A DNA stretch of 64,000 nt from an uncultured Candidatus Binatia bacterium (GCA_965218425.1 OZ244621.1:4064001-4128000), one strand, 5' to 3'; shown: positions 50,173 to 60,080, counted from the first letter of the stretch. A program made the numbers and translations. The notes: a model not told the origin generated them from the letters alone.

Positions 50173-50967
50173 ATGACAAGTTCCGTAGACGAAATCAGGA
50201 TAAAAGTTGCAATCTCCTGTCGCATTCTTGGCATGCTTGGCCTCGTAAGCGGATCCACTGGGCATGTGAGCGCACGCATACCGGGTACCGATGAGATGTG
50301 GATCAGGTGCCGTGGCGGTGATGAATGCGGGCTTGAATTTACCGGCCTGCACAACGTACGCCGTACGGATTTCGACGGTAAAGGTCACGGGGTAGGCGAC
50401 AAACACGCTTCACCAAACGAAACGCCCATCCATGGTGAGATCTACCGTGCACACCCAGAAGTGCAGTCCGTCATCCACGCCCACCCCTACTACGCCCTCC
50501 TGTGCGGCGTTACGAGACTGGAGTTTCGACCGGTGTTCGGCGCCTACGATCCATCATCACTGGACCTCATCTTAAAAGGTGTGCCTGTTTTTCCCCGGGC
50601 GGTCACGGTCATCAACAAGGAATTGGCGGCGGACATGTTAAAGGCCATGGGCCAACGGGACGTATTGTTGATGCAGGGTCACGGCATTACCGCTACCGGA
50701 CCCACCGTGGAGCAGGCGACCCAGCTTGCCGTCCGCTTCGACAAGGTTGCGAGGATCATGTGGGAGATTGCCCTCTCGGGCCGAGAGGCCCCCAATATCT
50801 CGGATGAGGATATCGCACGCTATGACCGCCGCGGGGGCGAATCCGGGCGCGTTCGAGGAGGGTGGAGAGACCGGTTGCAAGGAGTTGAAAACTTCGGCTG
50901 GAACCACTACGTCAAGTTGCTCCAGGCCAAGAACATTGGCTTGCCCAACGACTTTGACACGGATTAG
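50173..50967 (+). CDS. Class II aldolase/adducin family protein
   Basis: GHVSAR, E.PIH.EIY...PEV.SVIHAH and LLMQGHG Zn motifs. Confidence 0.9.
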   Translation: MTSSVDEIRIKVAISCRILGMLGLVSGSTGHVSARIPGTDEMWIRCRGGDECGLEFTGLHNVRRTDFDGKGHGVGDKHASPNETPIHGEIYRAHPEVQSVIHAHPYYALLCGVTRLEFRPVFGAYDPSSLDLILKGVPVFPRAVTVINKELAADMLKAMGQRDVLLMQGHGITATGPTVEQATQLAVRFDKVARIMWEIALSGREAPNISDEDIARYDRRGGESGRVRGGWRDRLQGVENFGWNHYVKLLQAKNIGLPNDFDTD

Positions 50968-51027
50968 CGTTTCTCTAGGAATGGAACGTGATAAGATAAG
51001 GTTTTGTTCTTAGCGTCGGAGGCCGCA

Positions 51028-52104
51028 ATGAATGAGCAGTTGAGGTACTACATTGCGCTGAACGGTGAGCTCTTAGTGATGCAAGGCCGTTCCGGCTCCA
51101 TGGATACACTGGGTACGCACTTTAAAGGGCAAACCGTGGAGGATCTGACCGGCTGCCGTGACCTGCCGGAGGTGGTATTTGCGGCGGTGGCCTTTGACGG
51201 AGGCTATCGCACCCAGGACGGAGGAAAATCATGGGAGAAAATATTAGACGGTGACGTGCGCACCTTCACCGTCCATCCCTATGATGAACGGGTGATCTAT
51301 GCAGGGATGGGACCGGTTGGCCTGCTGCGAAGCCATGACCGTGGCGGTCATTGGGAGCCTCTGGAGGGGCTCCTCCGGATGCCTCAACAGGTGAGGGCCC
51401 AGTGGACTGTCCCCGAAGCATACCAAGGGATACAGCACCCCCATGTACGCCACATTTTCATCCATCCCGATGATACGAATCGACTTGTGGTCTTGCTCGA
51501 GCATGGCGGGGTCGTTATAAGCCATGACAGCGGAAAGACATGGGAGGACGGCAGCCAGGGGATTTCCTATTTGGACATGCACATGGTGAGAAACTATCCC
51601 GGGAGTATGGACCGTTTCTATGTCTCTTCCGCACGGGGATTTTTCCGAAGTGACGACGGCGGTCACCAATGGCGACGGGTGGAAAACGGCATGCCTTGGG
51701 CCTACACGGAGCTTTATAGTTATTCCCATGAATGGCTGTTTTTACCTGGTGATACGCCTCGGATGATTCTCGGAGGAGGAAAAGGTTCCCCGGGGGTATG
51801 GCGGCGCGAGGCGAGAAACCCGCAGGGCACGGTTCTGCTCAGCGACGACGCCGGAGAAAACTGGCGGATAACCTCCGCCGGAATACCCGCTGCCATGCCG
51901 TGGATGCCCTGGGTATTTCTTTCCCATCCCTATGACTCGAAAAGTGTGTTCGTTGGCATGGGAGACGGCGCGCGCGGCTTTGGCTTTAACCCGAGGGTGA
52001 GAGGCCATGGAGCCCTTTACGTGACCCGGGACCGCGGTGACTCGTGGGAACCCGTCCTCGGCGAGATGCCTTCGGTTCTTACCGCGTGGATTGCCGTGGA
52101 ATAG
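51028..52104 (+). CDS. BNR/Asp-box repeat beta-propeller protein, no signal peptide
   Basis: Six S/T-x-D-x-G-x-x-W Asp boxes; GGAGG RBS. Confidence 0.85.
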   Translation: MNEQLRYYIALNGELLVMQGRSGSMDTLGTHFKGQTVEDLTGCRDLPEVVFAAVAFDGGYRTQDGGKSWEKILDGDVRTFTVHPYDERVIYAGMGPVGLLRSHDRGGHWEPLEGLLRMPQQVRAQWTVPEAYQGIQHPHVRHIFIHPDDTNRLVVLLEHGGVVISHDSGKTWEDGSQGISYLDMHMVRNYPGSMDRFYVSSARGFFRSDDGGHQWRRVENGMPWAYTELYSYSHEWLFLPGDTPRMILGGGKGSPGVWRREARNPQGTVLLSDDAGENWRITSAGIPAAMPWMPWVFLSHPYDSKSVFVGMGDGARGFGFNPRVRGHGALYVTRDRGDSWEPVLGEMPSVLTAWIAVE

Positions 52105-52172
52105 AGGAATTTGGTATTGCCAAGGACTCATTGAACTGGAGATTTTGCGACTTAAATTAAGGAGGACGTTCT

Positions 52173-53291
52173 ATGGCTGGAGTAATCGATGCCGACACCC
52201 ATATTATCGAGCACCCGGAACTGTGGGAACATTTTGACAAAGAGATGTATCACCGCCGGCCGGTCCTTGCCTCCACAACTTCCGACAGTGTTTACGGAAG
52301 CAACAATCAGGTCTGGCTTATCAATGGTATGGCCATACCTAAACGATCGGGCAAAGGAAGCGCCATCGTGGCGGTGGGGGGCTCGGACTCCGAAAACGCC
52401 CGCACCGACATTGACGCATCCGTTCGCTATATCACCGACCCGGCGGCCCGCGTCCGTGACATGGACAAGAGGGGCGTGGAAGTGGAGGTGGTTTACCCAA
52501 CCCTCCTCCTCGCCTACCTGACTGACGATGTGGATCTTGAAGTGGCCATCTGCCGCGCATACAACCGATTTATGGCGCGGGCCTGGCGGGAGGCGGGGGA
52601 CCGTCTGCGCTGGGTGGTGGTGCCGCCGTTACGCAATATCCAGGAGTCCGTCCGTGAGATCGAGACGTCCCGAGATAACGGCGCCGTGGGTGTGTTTTTC
52701 CGTGGGGTGGAAGGCGACCGCTCTCTGGCCGAGTCGTACTTCTATCCCGTGTACGAGGCGGCCAACCGGCTAAAGTTGTCCATATGTGTTCACACCGGTG
52801 CCGGCTCCCCCGGAGTCACAAGCGTGTTCGATCGCACCGTCAGCCACAATCTGCCTCATGTGCGATCCCTGCCCCTGTTCGCCTTCCGCGACCTCGTGGC
52901 TCACAAGATCCCCGAGCGTTTCCCCGATCTGCGAGTTGGCTTCATCGAAGCGTCGGCTTCGTGGGTTCCCTACGTTCTCCATCACCTGCAGCGTTCCAGC
53001 CGCATAGGCAGCAAGAGCGGTGGAGACGCCGATGCAACGCTGGAGTGGGGCCCCAAGCTTTTCCGCGACTATAGACTCTATGTGGCGATGGAGACGGACG
53101 AGGACTTACCCTACTTGGTTCAACATATCGGTGAAGACAACATGATCATAGGCTCGGACTACGGGCACCTGGATCAGTCAAAGGACAACGGGATGGTGGC
53201 GATCATGCGAAGACGGGAGGACATGCCGCCGCATGTGATCGAAAAGATCCTGTGCGAGAATCCCCGACGGTTCTACGGGCTCCCGGCTTAA
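52173..53291 (+). CDS. Amidohydrolase_2 family
   Basis: IDADTHIIE, CVH, FIEASASW and GSDYGH.D. Confidence 0.88.
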   Translation: MAGVIDADTHIIEHPELWEHFDKEMYHRRPVLASTTSDSVYGSNNQVWLINGMAIPKRSGKGSAIVAVGGSDSENARTDIDASVRYITDPAARVRDMDKRGVEVEVVYPTLLLAYLTDDVDLEVAICRAYNRFMARAWREAGDRLRWVVVPPLRNIQESVREIETSRDNGAVGVFFRGVEGDRSLAESYFYPVYEAANRLKLSICVHTGAGSPGVTSVFDRTVSHNLPHVRSLPLFAFRDLVAHKIPERFPDLRVGFIEASASWVPYVLHHLQRSSRIGSKSGGDADATLEWGPKLFRDYRLYVAMETDEDLPYLVQHIGEDNMIIGSDYGHLDQSKDNGMVAIMRRREDMPPHVIEKILCENPRRFYGLPA

Positions 53292-53322
53292 GTTTAACCA
53301 CTGCACGTATTTGTCCCCTCGT

Positions 53323-53395
53323 CGCAGATTGTGGCAGGGCGAGGGGGGCCTGCACCGAAGAAAGGGAGCCGTCCGATACTGGAGGTCATGCCAGT
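53323..53395 (+). repeat. Repeat family 1, end of segment A plus segment B
   Basis: CCCCTCGTCG...GGGGCCTGCACCGAAGAAAGGGAGCCGTCCGATACTGGAGG matches 45860-45935 and the reverse complement of 41510-41590. Confidence 0.75.
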
Positions 53396-53511
53396 TGACT
53401 GCCGCCACAACATCATCCACCGTGCCCAGGCAAGAACGGCGGGAACGAAGAATGCATCGTTGGGCAATACAAGATCTTTTTGAGCAGGACCTGATCCCGG
53501 CGGCAGTCAAC
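53394..53511. repeat. 118-bp element with perfect 13-bp terminal inverted repeats (MITE-like)
   Basis: GTTGACTGCCGCC (53394-53406) / GGCGGCAGTCAAC (53499-53511). Confidence 0.6.
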
Positions 53512-53648
53512 GGAGGAACCCAATTCAAAAGGCCGGGGGGGAACCGAAAACTAGCCTTTCTATCCGCCCTCCCTTCCTCACCTTGATTTCAAGATACGAC
53601 ACTATTAGGATCGAATCCAAACTGGTATGCGATTGAGGGGGTAAACCG

Positions 53649-54740
53649 ATGCTTCTCATTAACAATCAGGAAGTGGAGCAGTTGCTGCCGATGGAGGACT
53701 GCATTCCCGTCATCGAGGAGGGATATCGAGAACTCGGCGCAGGCCGTGCAGCCAACTTCCCGGAAGGGGGGCGGATGGACGTTCAAGCGCCCTCGTCGGG
53801 TGAGCAGCGGGAGCGGTGCTATATCTGGGGCGGTTTGGCCGGGGTGCTCCCCGCACGGGAGATATTTGCCATTCGGATGAAAAGCGATATCAGATACTCT
53901 GAGTTGGACGTCAACGGGGTTCCCACGCAAAAGAAGTTTTGTATGGAACCCGGCACGTATTGTGGCCTGGTGTTTCTGTTCAGCACTCGTACGGCGGAAC
54001 CCCTGGCGGTGATCAACGATGGGGTGGTGCAGCATCTTCGGGTTGCGGCCACCAGCGCTGTGGCCGCCAAGTATCTCGCCCGAAAGGACAGCAAAACCCT
54101 GGGCCTCATCGGATCGGGCGGTATGGCGAGGACCCATGCTCTAGCGTTTCGCGCGGTGCTGCCCATAGAACAGATCAAGGTTTTCAGCACCACCCCCTCA
54201 CACCGCACTGAGTTCGCCAGGGAAATGTCGGACAGGATGGGCATCGAGGTAAGGGCCATGGATAGCCCTGAGGAGGCGGTCAGAGACGTGGACCTCCTCT
54301 GCAGTTGCACGGATTCCCTATGGCCGGTGGTCAAAGAGAGCTGGTTGGAATCGGGAATGCATGTTAGCTGTGTGCTGACCTATGAAGTGGAGCCCAAGGC
54401 GGTGGAGCGGGCGGATGTGGTGGTACGCCACCTCAAAGGCGCAGCCATAGGAGTAAAGGCATCCGCAAATGAATTGGAGGAGCAGGAACGGACTCGAGAG
54501 AGTCGCAATCGCCGGTATGGGCACCCCCTGGAGTCCAAGGAACTACCCACCCTGGCTGACCTTGTGACCCACAAGATCCCCGGCAGGACGTCCCGCGACC
54601 AGATTACTTATTATCACAACATGCCCGGCTGCGGGATTCAGTTCGCTTCGGTGGGTGCGAGGATTCTGGAACGAGCCAGGAAGGAAGGGGTAGGAAGAGA
54701 ACTGCCAACCGAATGGTTCCTGCAAGATATTCGTGACTAG
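53649..54740 (+). CDS. Ornithine cyclodeaminase/mu-crystallin family protein
   Basis: LRVAATSAVAAKYLAR, IGSGGMA, CTDS, GMHV and GR.S..QIT. Confidence 0.88.
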   Translation: MLLINNQEVEQLLPMEDCIPVIEEGYRELGAGRAANFPEGGRMDVQAPSSGEQRERCYIWGGLAGVLPAREIFAIRMKSDIRYSELDVNGVPTQKKFCMEPGTYCGLVFLFSTRTAEPLAVINDGVVQHLRVAATSAVAAKYLARKDSKTLGLIGSGGMARTHALAFRAVLPIEQIKVFSTTPSHRTEFAREMSDRMGIEVRAMDSPEEAVRDVDLLCSCTDSLWPVVKESWLESGMHVSCVLTYEVEPKAVERADVVVRHLKGAAIGVKASANELEEQERTRESRNRRYGHPLESKELPTLADLVTHKIPGRTSRDQITYYHNMPGCGIQFASVGARILERARKEGVGRELPTEWFLQDIRD

Positions 54741-54820
54741 AATTGCGGAATTCCCTCGAGACCATCGGCAAAAGCCTCGCAGCCGACTGGCATCAGGACA
54801 ATCCAATCAAGTAACGAAAA

Positions 54821-55360
54821 CTAGGGGTCGTGATAGTTAAACTCGTTGTGTTGGATGGTGTTGATAAAAACGAGGGATAGAGGCTGTCCCCTCTCCTTCG
54901 CCAGGTCAAGCAAACCAGTAATCGCCTTGGCCCTGGGGTAAAAGGCTCCATAACCCAACCGTTCGTAAATTTCCTTCTCCGGGAGGCTCGCTCCGTAGAT
55001 GATGCCGGCATAAGGGATCAAGCTCCGTGGCAGCGCCTCAGCCAGTGGCAGCCCCTGACCGGCATTGTTGCCGATGAGCACATAATCCACTGAATCGCTC
55101 AGTTCTTTAAGCGCGCCTACGATCCCCTCCATCGAGACCTCATCCCAGGTTTTCATCTCAATCTTTGTTTGCTCCGCGGTTAAAGGAACCGGCGAACTCT
55201 GTGGCACCTGATATTGCCCGTCCAGTTGAGCCACGCGAGTCCAGGGAAGCGGCGGATTGGTGACAAAATGACCCACTGTTACCTCGTTATCTAGAATCAA
55301 CGCTACGAACTGATCCGCCAATACTCGGGACAATTCACTTCCAATTGACATAGTGGTCAC
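54821..55360 (-). CDS. Hypothetical protein
   Basis: 179-aa ORF filling the gap, protein-like composition (VDYVLIGNNAGQGLPLA; FINTIQHN). Confidence 0.6.
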   Translation of the reverse strand: MTTMSIGSELSRVLADQFVALILDNEVTVGHFVTNPPLPWTRVAQLDGQYQVPQSSPVPLTAEQTKIEMKTWDEVSMEGIVGALKELSDSVDYVLIGNNAGQGLPLAEALPRSLIPYAGIIYGASLPEKEIYERLGYGAFYPRAKAITGLLDLAKERGQPLSLVFINTIQHNEFNYHDP

Positions 55361-55456
55361 TCGGATCCAAACGCTACGGATTCCCCAAAGCCGCCTACCA
55401 TAATCAAAAATCCAAAATCAGCAGACTTTTTCGCTTTTTACCTTTTTCCTTCTTCA

Positions 55457-56596
55457 TCACGGTGCGCCATAGAACTTCACGGTGTTGTCGTACAGAAATT
55501 TTCGTTTCTGATCGGACGAGAGATCGTGTCGTTCGAGTATTTCCAATGCAGCGTTCTCCCGACCCTCATTGTGCGGGATATCCGATGCGTAGAGGATGTG
55601 ATCCTCTCCCACAAGCTGGATCTCCTGTTGGAGCAATGCATCGTCGGCCTCCGGCGCCACGAAGATTCTCCCCGATTTAACATAGTCCTCGATCCGTTGT
55701 CGTGGCAGGCTGTTGGTTCCTGGCATCTCCAGATCTTTGTCGATGGGTAGGTAGTGGTCCATTCGCTGTACCATGTATAGCATCCACTCTGCTCCGAACT
55801 CTAGAAACGCAATTCTCAAATCAGGGTAGCGATCAACCATACCTTGTCCAACGATGGCCGCGAAAGCCAGCTGGCCTGGAATACCCATTCCAATGGCATG
55901 GGCAGAAAAAATATTGTTGCACAGGTCCTCAAAGGGCGGATAACTCATTCCCATGTGAACACACAGGGGAAGCCCGGTGCGTGAAAACTCGTCCCAGACG
56001 GGAACGAAGCCAGCATGGGACAAGGGAAGCTCACCCACAGTTCCAAAAACCACCGCTGCGCAAGCCCCCAGAGACTGGATTTCCTCGAGGGCGGCAAGGG
56101 CCTGCCTGGTTTCCCTGAGGGGCAACAAGGCGGCCCATTTGAGCCTCTTTTTGTCACCTTGACACTGCTCGCCCATGTAGCGGTTATAGGACCGCCACAG
56201 GGCGGTTTCGAAGCCGGCATCAGGGGTCATTCGAGCATACAGTGTGCTGGGAAAAAGTACCTGGCTATCGATCCCCAACCGGTCCATATCGCGCAGGCGA
56301 GCCTGAGGGTCCGAAAGGTCCCTACTGCCGAGAGGGAACTCCTTTCGGTCCCGTGGAGCTCCGAACTCTTCAAGAATACTCTGCGGCGTGTTTGCCGGTT
56401 GCGCCCCCCGACCGGTGGGGCGGGGCAGGATACGACCATCAATCATCCACCCGGTGTTATACCGACCCATGTCCGCGTCTCCTGCTTTGACCGGCCGAGG
56501 CCGTCGAACGGAGTACTCGCTGGGCAAGTCGGCCCACATCCTTGGACTTAGATTCACATGAGCATCGGCATCAAAGATGCTGTAGCCTTCTAACAT
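55457..56596 (-). CDS. Amidohydrolase_2 family
   Basis: FDADAH, CVH, FLEFGAEW and ASDIPH.E; GGAGGAG RBS. Confidence 0.88.
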   Translation of the reverse strand: MLEGYSIFDADAHVNLSPRMWADLPSEYSVRRPRPVKAGDADMGRYNTGWMIDGRILPRPTGRGAQPANTPQSILEEFGAPRDRKEFPLGSRDLSDPQARLRDMDRLGIDSQVLFPSTLYARMTPDAGFETALWRSYNRYMGEQCQGDKKRLKWAALLPLRETRQALAALEEIQSLGACAAVVFGTVGELPLSHAGFVPVWDEFSRTGLPLCVHMGMSYPPFEDLCNNIFSAHAIGMGIPGQLAFAAIVGQGMVDRYPDLRIAFLEFGAEWMLYMVQRMDHYLPIDKDLEMPGTNSLPRQRIEDYVKSGRIFVAPEADDALLQQEIQLVGEDHILYASDIPHNEGRENAALEILERHDLSSDQKRKFLYDNTVKFYGAP

Positions 56597-56713
56597 GACT
56601 CCTCCAAATTTGAATCATTCAGACATTGCTTGCGCTAGGTGATTGGCATTGTATGTCTCTATTCTTTTTGTCGTAAAGTTTCAACGTCCCATTTTACGGA
56701 ATTGCGAAAAAGA

Positions 56714-56950
56714 TGACTCGCGCGAAGACGCAAAGCCCGCCAAGTATCAATAAAGCTACAAATTCGAAACAAATCCAAATGACCAAAGAACTTAAATTTC
56801 TAAACAATCTCGTTCCAGGTTTTGATTTTGGGATTTCAGTGCTTTCGTTTGTTTCGGATTTCGAGCTTCGGAATCCGGATTTTAATTATGTGGCGTTTGG
56901 CGCGAAGAACTTCCTTGAAGTCATTCTTTGCGGGATTCAATCGGTAGGAA
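56714..56950 (+). repeat. Repeat family 2, complete copy
   Basis: TCGCGCGAAGACGC ... GCGTTTGGCGCGA outer IR enclosing heptamer-periodic A-rich and T-rich arms. Confidence 0.75.
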
Positions 56951-56978
56951 TCAAAAATCTAAAATCAAATTACTTGCT

Positions 56979-57491
56979 TTACTTTTTATTTTTGCCTTCT
57001 TCCGAGGGATTGTCTCGATGCCACCTGGCGGCAAAGTCGGTCAATATCAAGTTCAGGGTTTCCTTGACCTGCGCCGTGGCCTTATGGGGCATGCCCGCAA
57101 GGATATATTGGCCATCCCACACCGGTGCCCAGACAACTTCCGCGGTTTTCTTAATTGCCACGAGTCTAAATGCTTCGACCTCGATTACCCCATAGTACCG
57201 AATTGTCGATCCCTCCCCCCCAATCACTCCAAAGGTAGCATCCACCAGCAACATACCTTCAGCCGATGGTTGGTTGACCATCAGGCGCGGAACTTTATGC
57301 TGCAATAACACGGTTGTATGAGCTTTTATCCATTCCTCTTCTAACCCGATCATCTTCTCCTTGCGGTCCAGATTGTCCACAACGACAGTAACCCCTTCTA
57401 ATTGAGCCAGTTCGGTAGATTGCGCCGCGGCTTTGCCCTGTCCCGCCAAAAGAAGCAACGTAAATAAATTCATCAGCAATATCCGGTGCAT
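56979..57491 (-). CDS. Hypothetical exported protein
   Basis: GGAGG RBS, ATG 57491, signal peptide MHRILLMNLFTLLLLAGQGKAAA. Confidence 0.65.
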   Translation of the reverse strand: MHRILLMNLFTLLLLAGQGKAAAQSTELAQLEGVTVVVDNLDRKEKMIGLEEEWIKAHTTVLLQHKVPRLMVNQPSAEGMLLVDATFGVIGGEGSTIRYYGVIEVEAFRLVAIKKTAEVVWAPVWDGQYILAGMPHKATAQVKETLNLILTDFAARWHRDNPSEEGKNKK

Positions 57492-57782
57492 GTAGTGCCT
57501 CCCCTCCCTGTTCCTTCGCATTCTCCTTCACGAGATCAAGGGTGTCAACACACCAATGGACCTCAATAAGTTGCTGAAATTTTGATGCTTTTGGGCTGAT
57601 GCACCAATTATCCACAGGTTGAAATAAAAGTCGATATTGGATAGCCTCAGTGCCAATGCAGAGGGTCGAGACACAACCACCGAGAACGCCGCTAATACCA
57701 TGGGCGCTCAATTCATGGCTGACTGGCAGACCCCACGGGCCATCAAACGCCTAGCGAACATGAGGAATTATGCAATGATCAA

Positions 57783-60002
57783 ATGGGAGATGCGGCAGCA
57801 CAGGGTGGGGAGCACCACCCCGTGGTAGCCGACCCGCATGGAGAACACGTGGGGGAAACCCCTTGGGGTGATTCCTCCCGAGACCATCTCCCCAACATGA
57901 TGGGTTCGCAGGCTGTTATCCCTGGTACAGGTTCCTCCCTTGCCGGCATCTTCCCCTACGCCATTACCATCTTCACGGCGGCCTTTCTGCTCTTCCAGGT
58001 ACAACCCTTGATCGCAAAGTATATCCTGCCCTGGTTCGGCGGGGGGCCGACGGTATGGAGCACCTGTATCTTGTTTTTCCAGGTGTTGCTCCTTGGGGGA
58101 TACAGCTACGCTCATTTCAGCGTTCGCTGTTTCGGGCTTCGGACTCAGGTACTGTTGCACGGCGTGCTGTTGTTGATGACTCTCATTCAGTTGCCCATTA
58201 CGCCTGACGGGGACTGGAAGCCACTCTCCTCGGCGGGCCCCACCTGGCATATCCTGCTTCTGCTGGGCGTAACCGTGGGTATTCCATACTTTGTCCTCTC
58301 TTCCAGCACTCCGCTGCTACAGGCGTGGTTTAGCCAGGCTCACCCTGGAGTGTCTCCTTACCGGCTCTACGCTTTATCCAACACCGGATCCTTGCTGGCG
58401 TTGCTGAGCTATCCATTTGTATTCGAGCCATTGCTCTCTAGAGGTGCCCAGGCCACGTTTTGGGCCGTAGGCTTTGGGATATTCGCCGCCACCACTCTCC
58501 TTTGCATCTTTGTCGGGTGGCGAAGGGGTTCTGCGAGCCCCCATACGGATGTCCCACCACCTTCATCCGAAGCGGCGATCACTCACCCAACCCTCGGGAC
58601 GCGCACCCTCTGGCTGCTCTTCCCGGCCTGCGCTGCCGTGCTGCTTCTGGCAGTGACCAATCAAATCACCATGGATTTCGTCGTGGTGCCCTTTCTCTGG
58701 GTGCTGCCTCTGTCTCTGTACCTCCTGACCTTCATTTTGAGCTTCGAAGGCGAGCGTTGGTATTCCCGCGGTTTCTTTGTAACGGCCCTTCTGCCGTCAC
58801 TCATCGCCTCCCTAGTGGTTCTGGAAGGGGAGGAACATGTGGATATCATCGTGCAGGTCGCGGTCTTCTCCCTGGTACTGTTCGTCTGCTGTATGATCTG
58901 CCATGGCGAGCTGAGCCGAAGGAAACCAAATCCCAGATACCTGACCGATTACTACCTGATGATCGCCTTGGGTGGCGCATTGGGCGGGGTCCTGGTAACG
59001 CTCGTTGCTCCCTTGATCTTCGTCGATTATTTGGAACTCCACGTGGGTCTCCTCGGCACCGGCGTTCTCTGCTTCATCGCACTTTACGCTGACAAAAGCT
59101 CCTGGTTCCATCGAAGAGGATTGTCCTGGGGCACGATTCCCCTAATCCTCGCGTTTCTAGTAGTGGCCGGATTGTTCTTCATACAGGCAAGGGCACCACA
59201 CCAGTCGGCGATCCTCAGGACACGGAACTTTTACGGCGTCCTATCGGTGCTCCTTTTGTCACCTGGAACCCCCTTTGAGCGCCTCGAGCTCCTCCATGGC
59301 CGGGTGCGCCACGGAACACAGTTTACTGCGCCGGAGAAGAGGGGACTGGCAACCGGGTACTATACGGCCGACAGTGGCGCAGGTTTGGTCCTGGAACATT
59401 TCCCGCGCCAACGCCAGCGGCGAATCGGCCTTGTAGGCCTTGGGGCCGGGACTCTCGTTTCCTTCACCCGACGGGGCGATACAGTCAGAATCTACGAAAT
59501 TAACCCGGAGATCCGTCGCCTTGCGGAGTCCTATTTTACCTATTTGCGGGACTCGGAAGCCGAAATCGAGATTGTCATGGGAGACGCCCGCCTTTCCATG
59601 GAACGAGACCCTCCGCAGGAGTTCGATATTCTCTTGCTGGACGCCTTTTCAGGAGACGCTATCCCCGTTCACCTGCTCACCACCCAGGCCTTCGAGATCT
59701 ATCTGCGCCATCTCAAGCCCGATGGTGTCATCGCCCTGTTGATCGACACGGAGCATCTCAATTTCGACGCCGTCATTAGCCGTCTGGCGGACCATCTTGG
59801 TCTGAAGTCCGTCAGAATCTTCACGCCTGATGGCCCGAACGAGGATTGGGGCGCCAACTGGATGCTCCTCGCGCGGGACGGGGAGTTTCTCACGCTGCCT
59901 CCCATCGCTGGTGCGGCGGCCAGGGACCGGGCAAGCTACAAGAGCGTGAGGCTTTGGACCGACGACTACACCAGCCTCCTGCCGCTCATTGAATTCGATT
60001 GA
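57783..60002 (+). CDS. Fused multi-TM membrane domain / spermidine-synthase-like SAM-binding protein (start may be 57897)
   Basis: FLLFQVQPLIAK.ILPWFGG N-terminus, about 12-13 TM segments, then VGLGAG, YEINP, GDAR, DAFSGDAIPVHLLT and WTDD. Confidence 0.9.
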   Translation: MGDAAAQGGEHHPVVADPHGEHVGETPWGDSSRDHLPNMMGSQAVIPGTGSSLAGIFPYAITIFTAAFLLFQVQPLIAKYILPWFGGGPTVWSTCILFFQVLLLGGYSYAHFSVRCFGLRTQVLLHGVLLLMTLIQLPITPDGDWKPLSSAGPTWHILLLLGVTVGIPYFVLSSSTPLLQAWFSQAHPGVSPYRLYALSNTGSLLALLSYPFVFEPLLSRGAQATFWAVGFGIFAATTLLCIFVGWRRGSASPHTDVPPPSSEAAITHPTLGTRTLWLLFPACAAVLLLAVTNQITMDFVVVPFLWVLPLSLYLLTFILSFEGERWYSRGFFVTALLPSLIASLVVLEGEEHVDIIVQVAVFSLVLFVCCMICHGELSRRKPNPRYLTDYYLMIALGGALGGVLVTLVAPLIFVDYLELHVGLLGTGVLCFIALYADKSSWFHRRGLSWGTIPLILAFLVVAGLFFIQARAPHQSAILRTRNFYGVLSVLLLSPGTPFERLELLHGRVRHGTQFTAPEKRGLATGYYTADSGAGLVLEHFPRQRQRRIGLVGLGAGTLVSFTRRGDTVRIYEINPEIRRLAESYFTYLRDSEAEIEIVMGDARLSMERDPPQEFDILLLDAFSGDAIPVHLLTTQAFEIYLRHLKPDGVIALLIDTEHLNFDAVISRLADHLGLKSVRIFTPDGPNEDWGANWMLLARDGEFLTLPPIAGAAARDRASYKSVRLWTDDYTSLLPLIEFD

Positions 60003-60080
60003 CGAGGAAGTCTCTATGACGCTACATTGCACAGCCAATTGCAAGATTGACAAACTAGATTCCCACGGCAGGGCAGACCG

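Noticed and set aside
57608..57616. Perfect DnaA box TTATCCACA
   Set aside because: A single box is close to chance expectation in 64 kb; no cluster or origin-linked genes.
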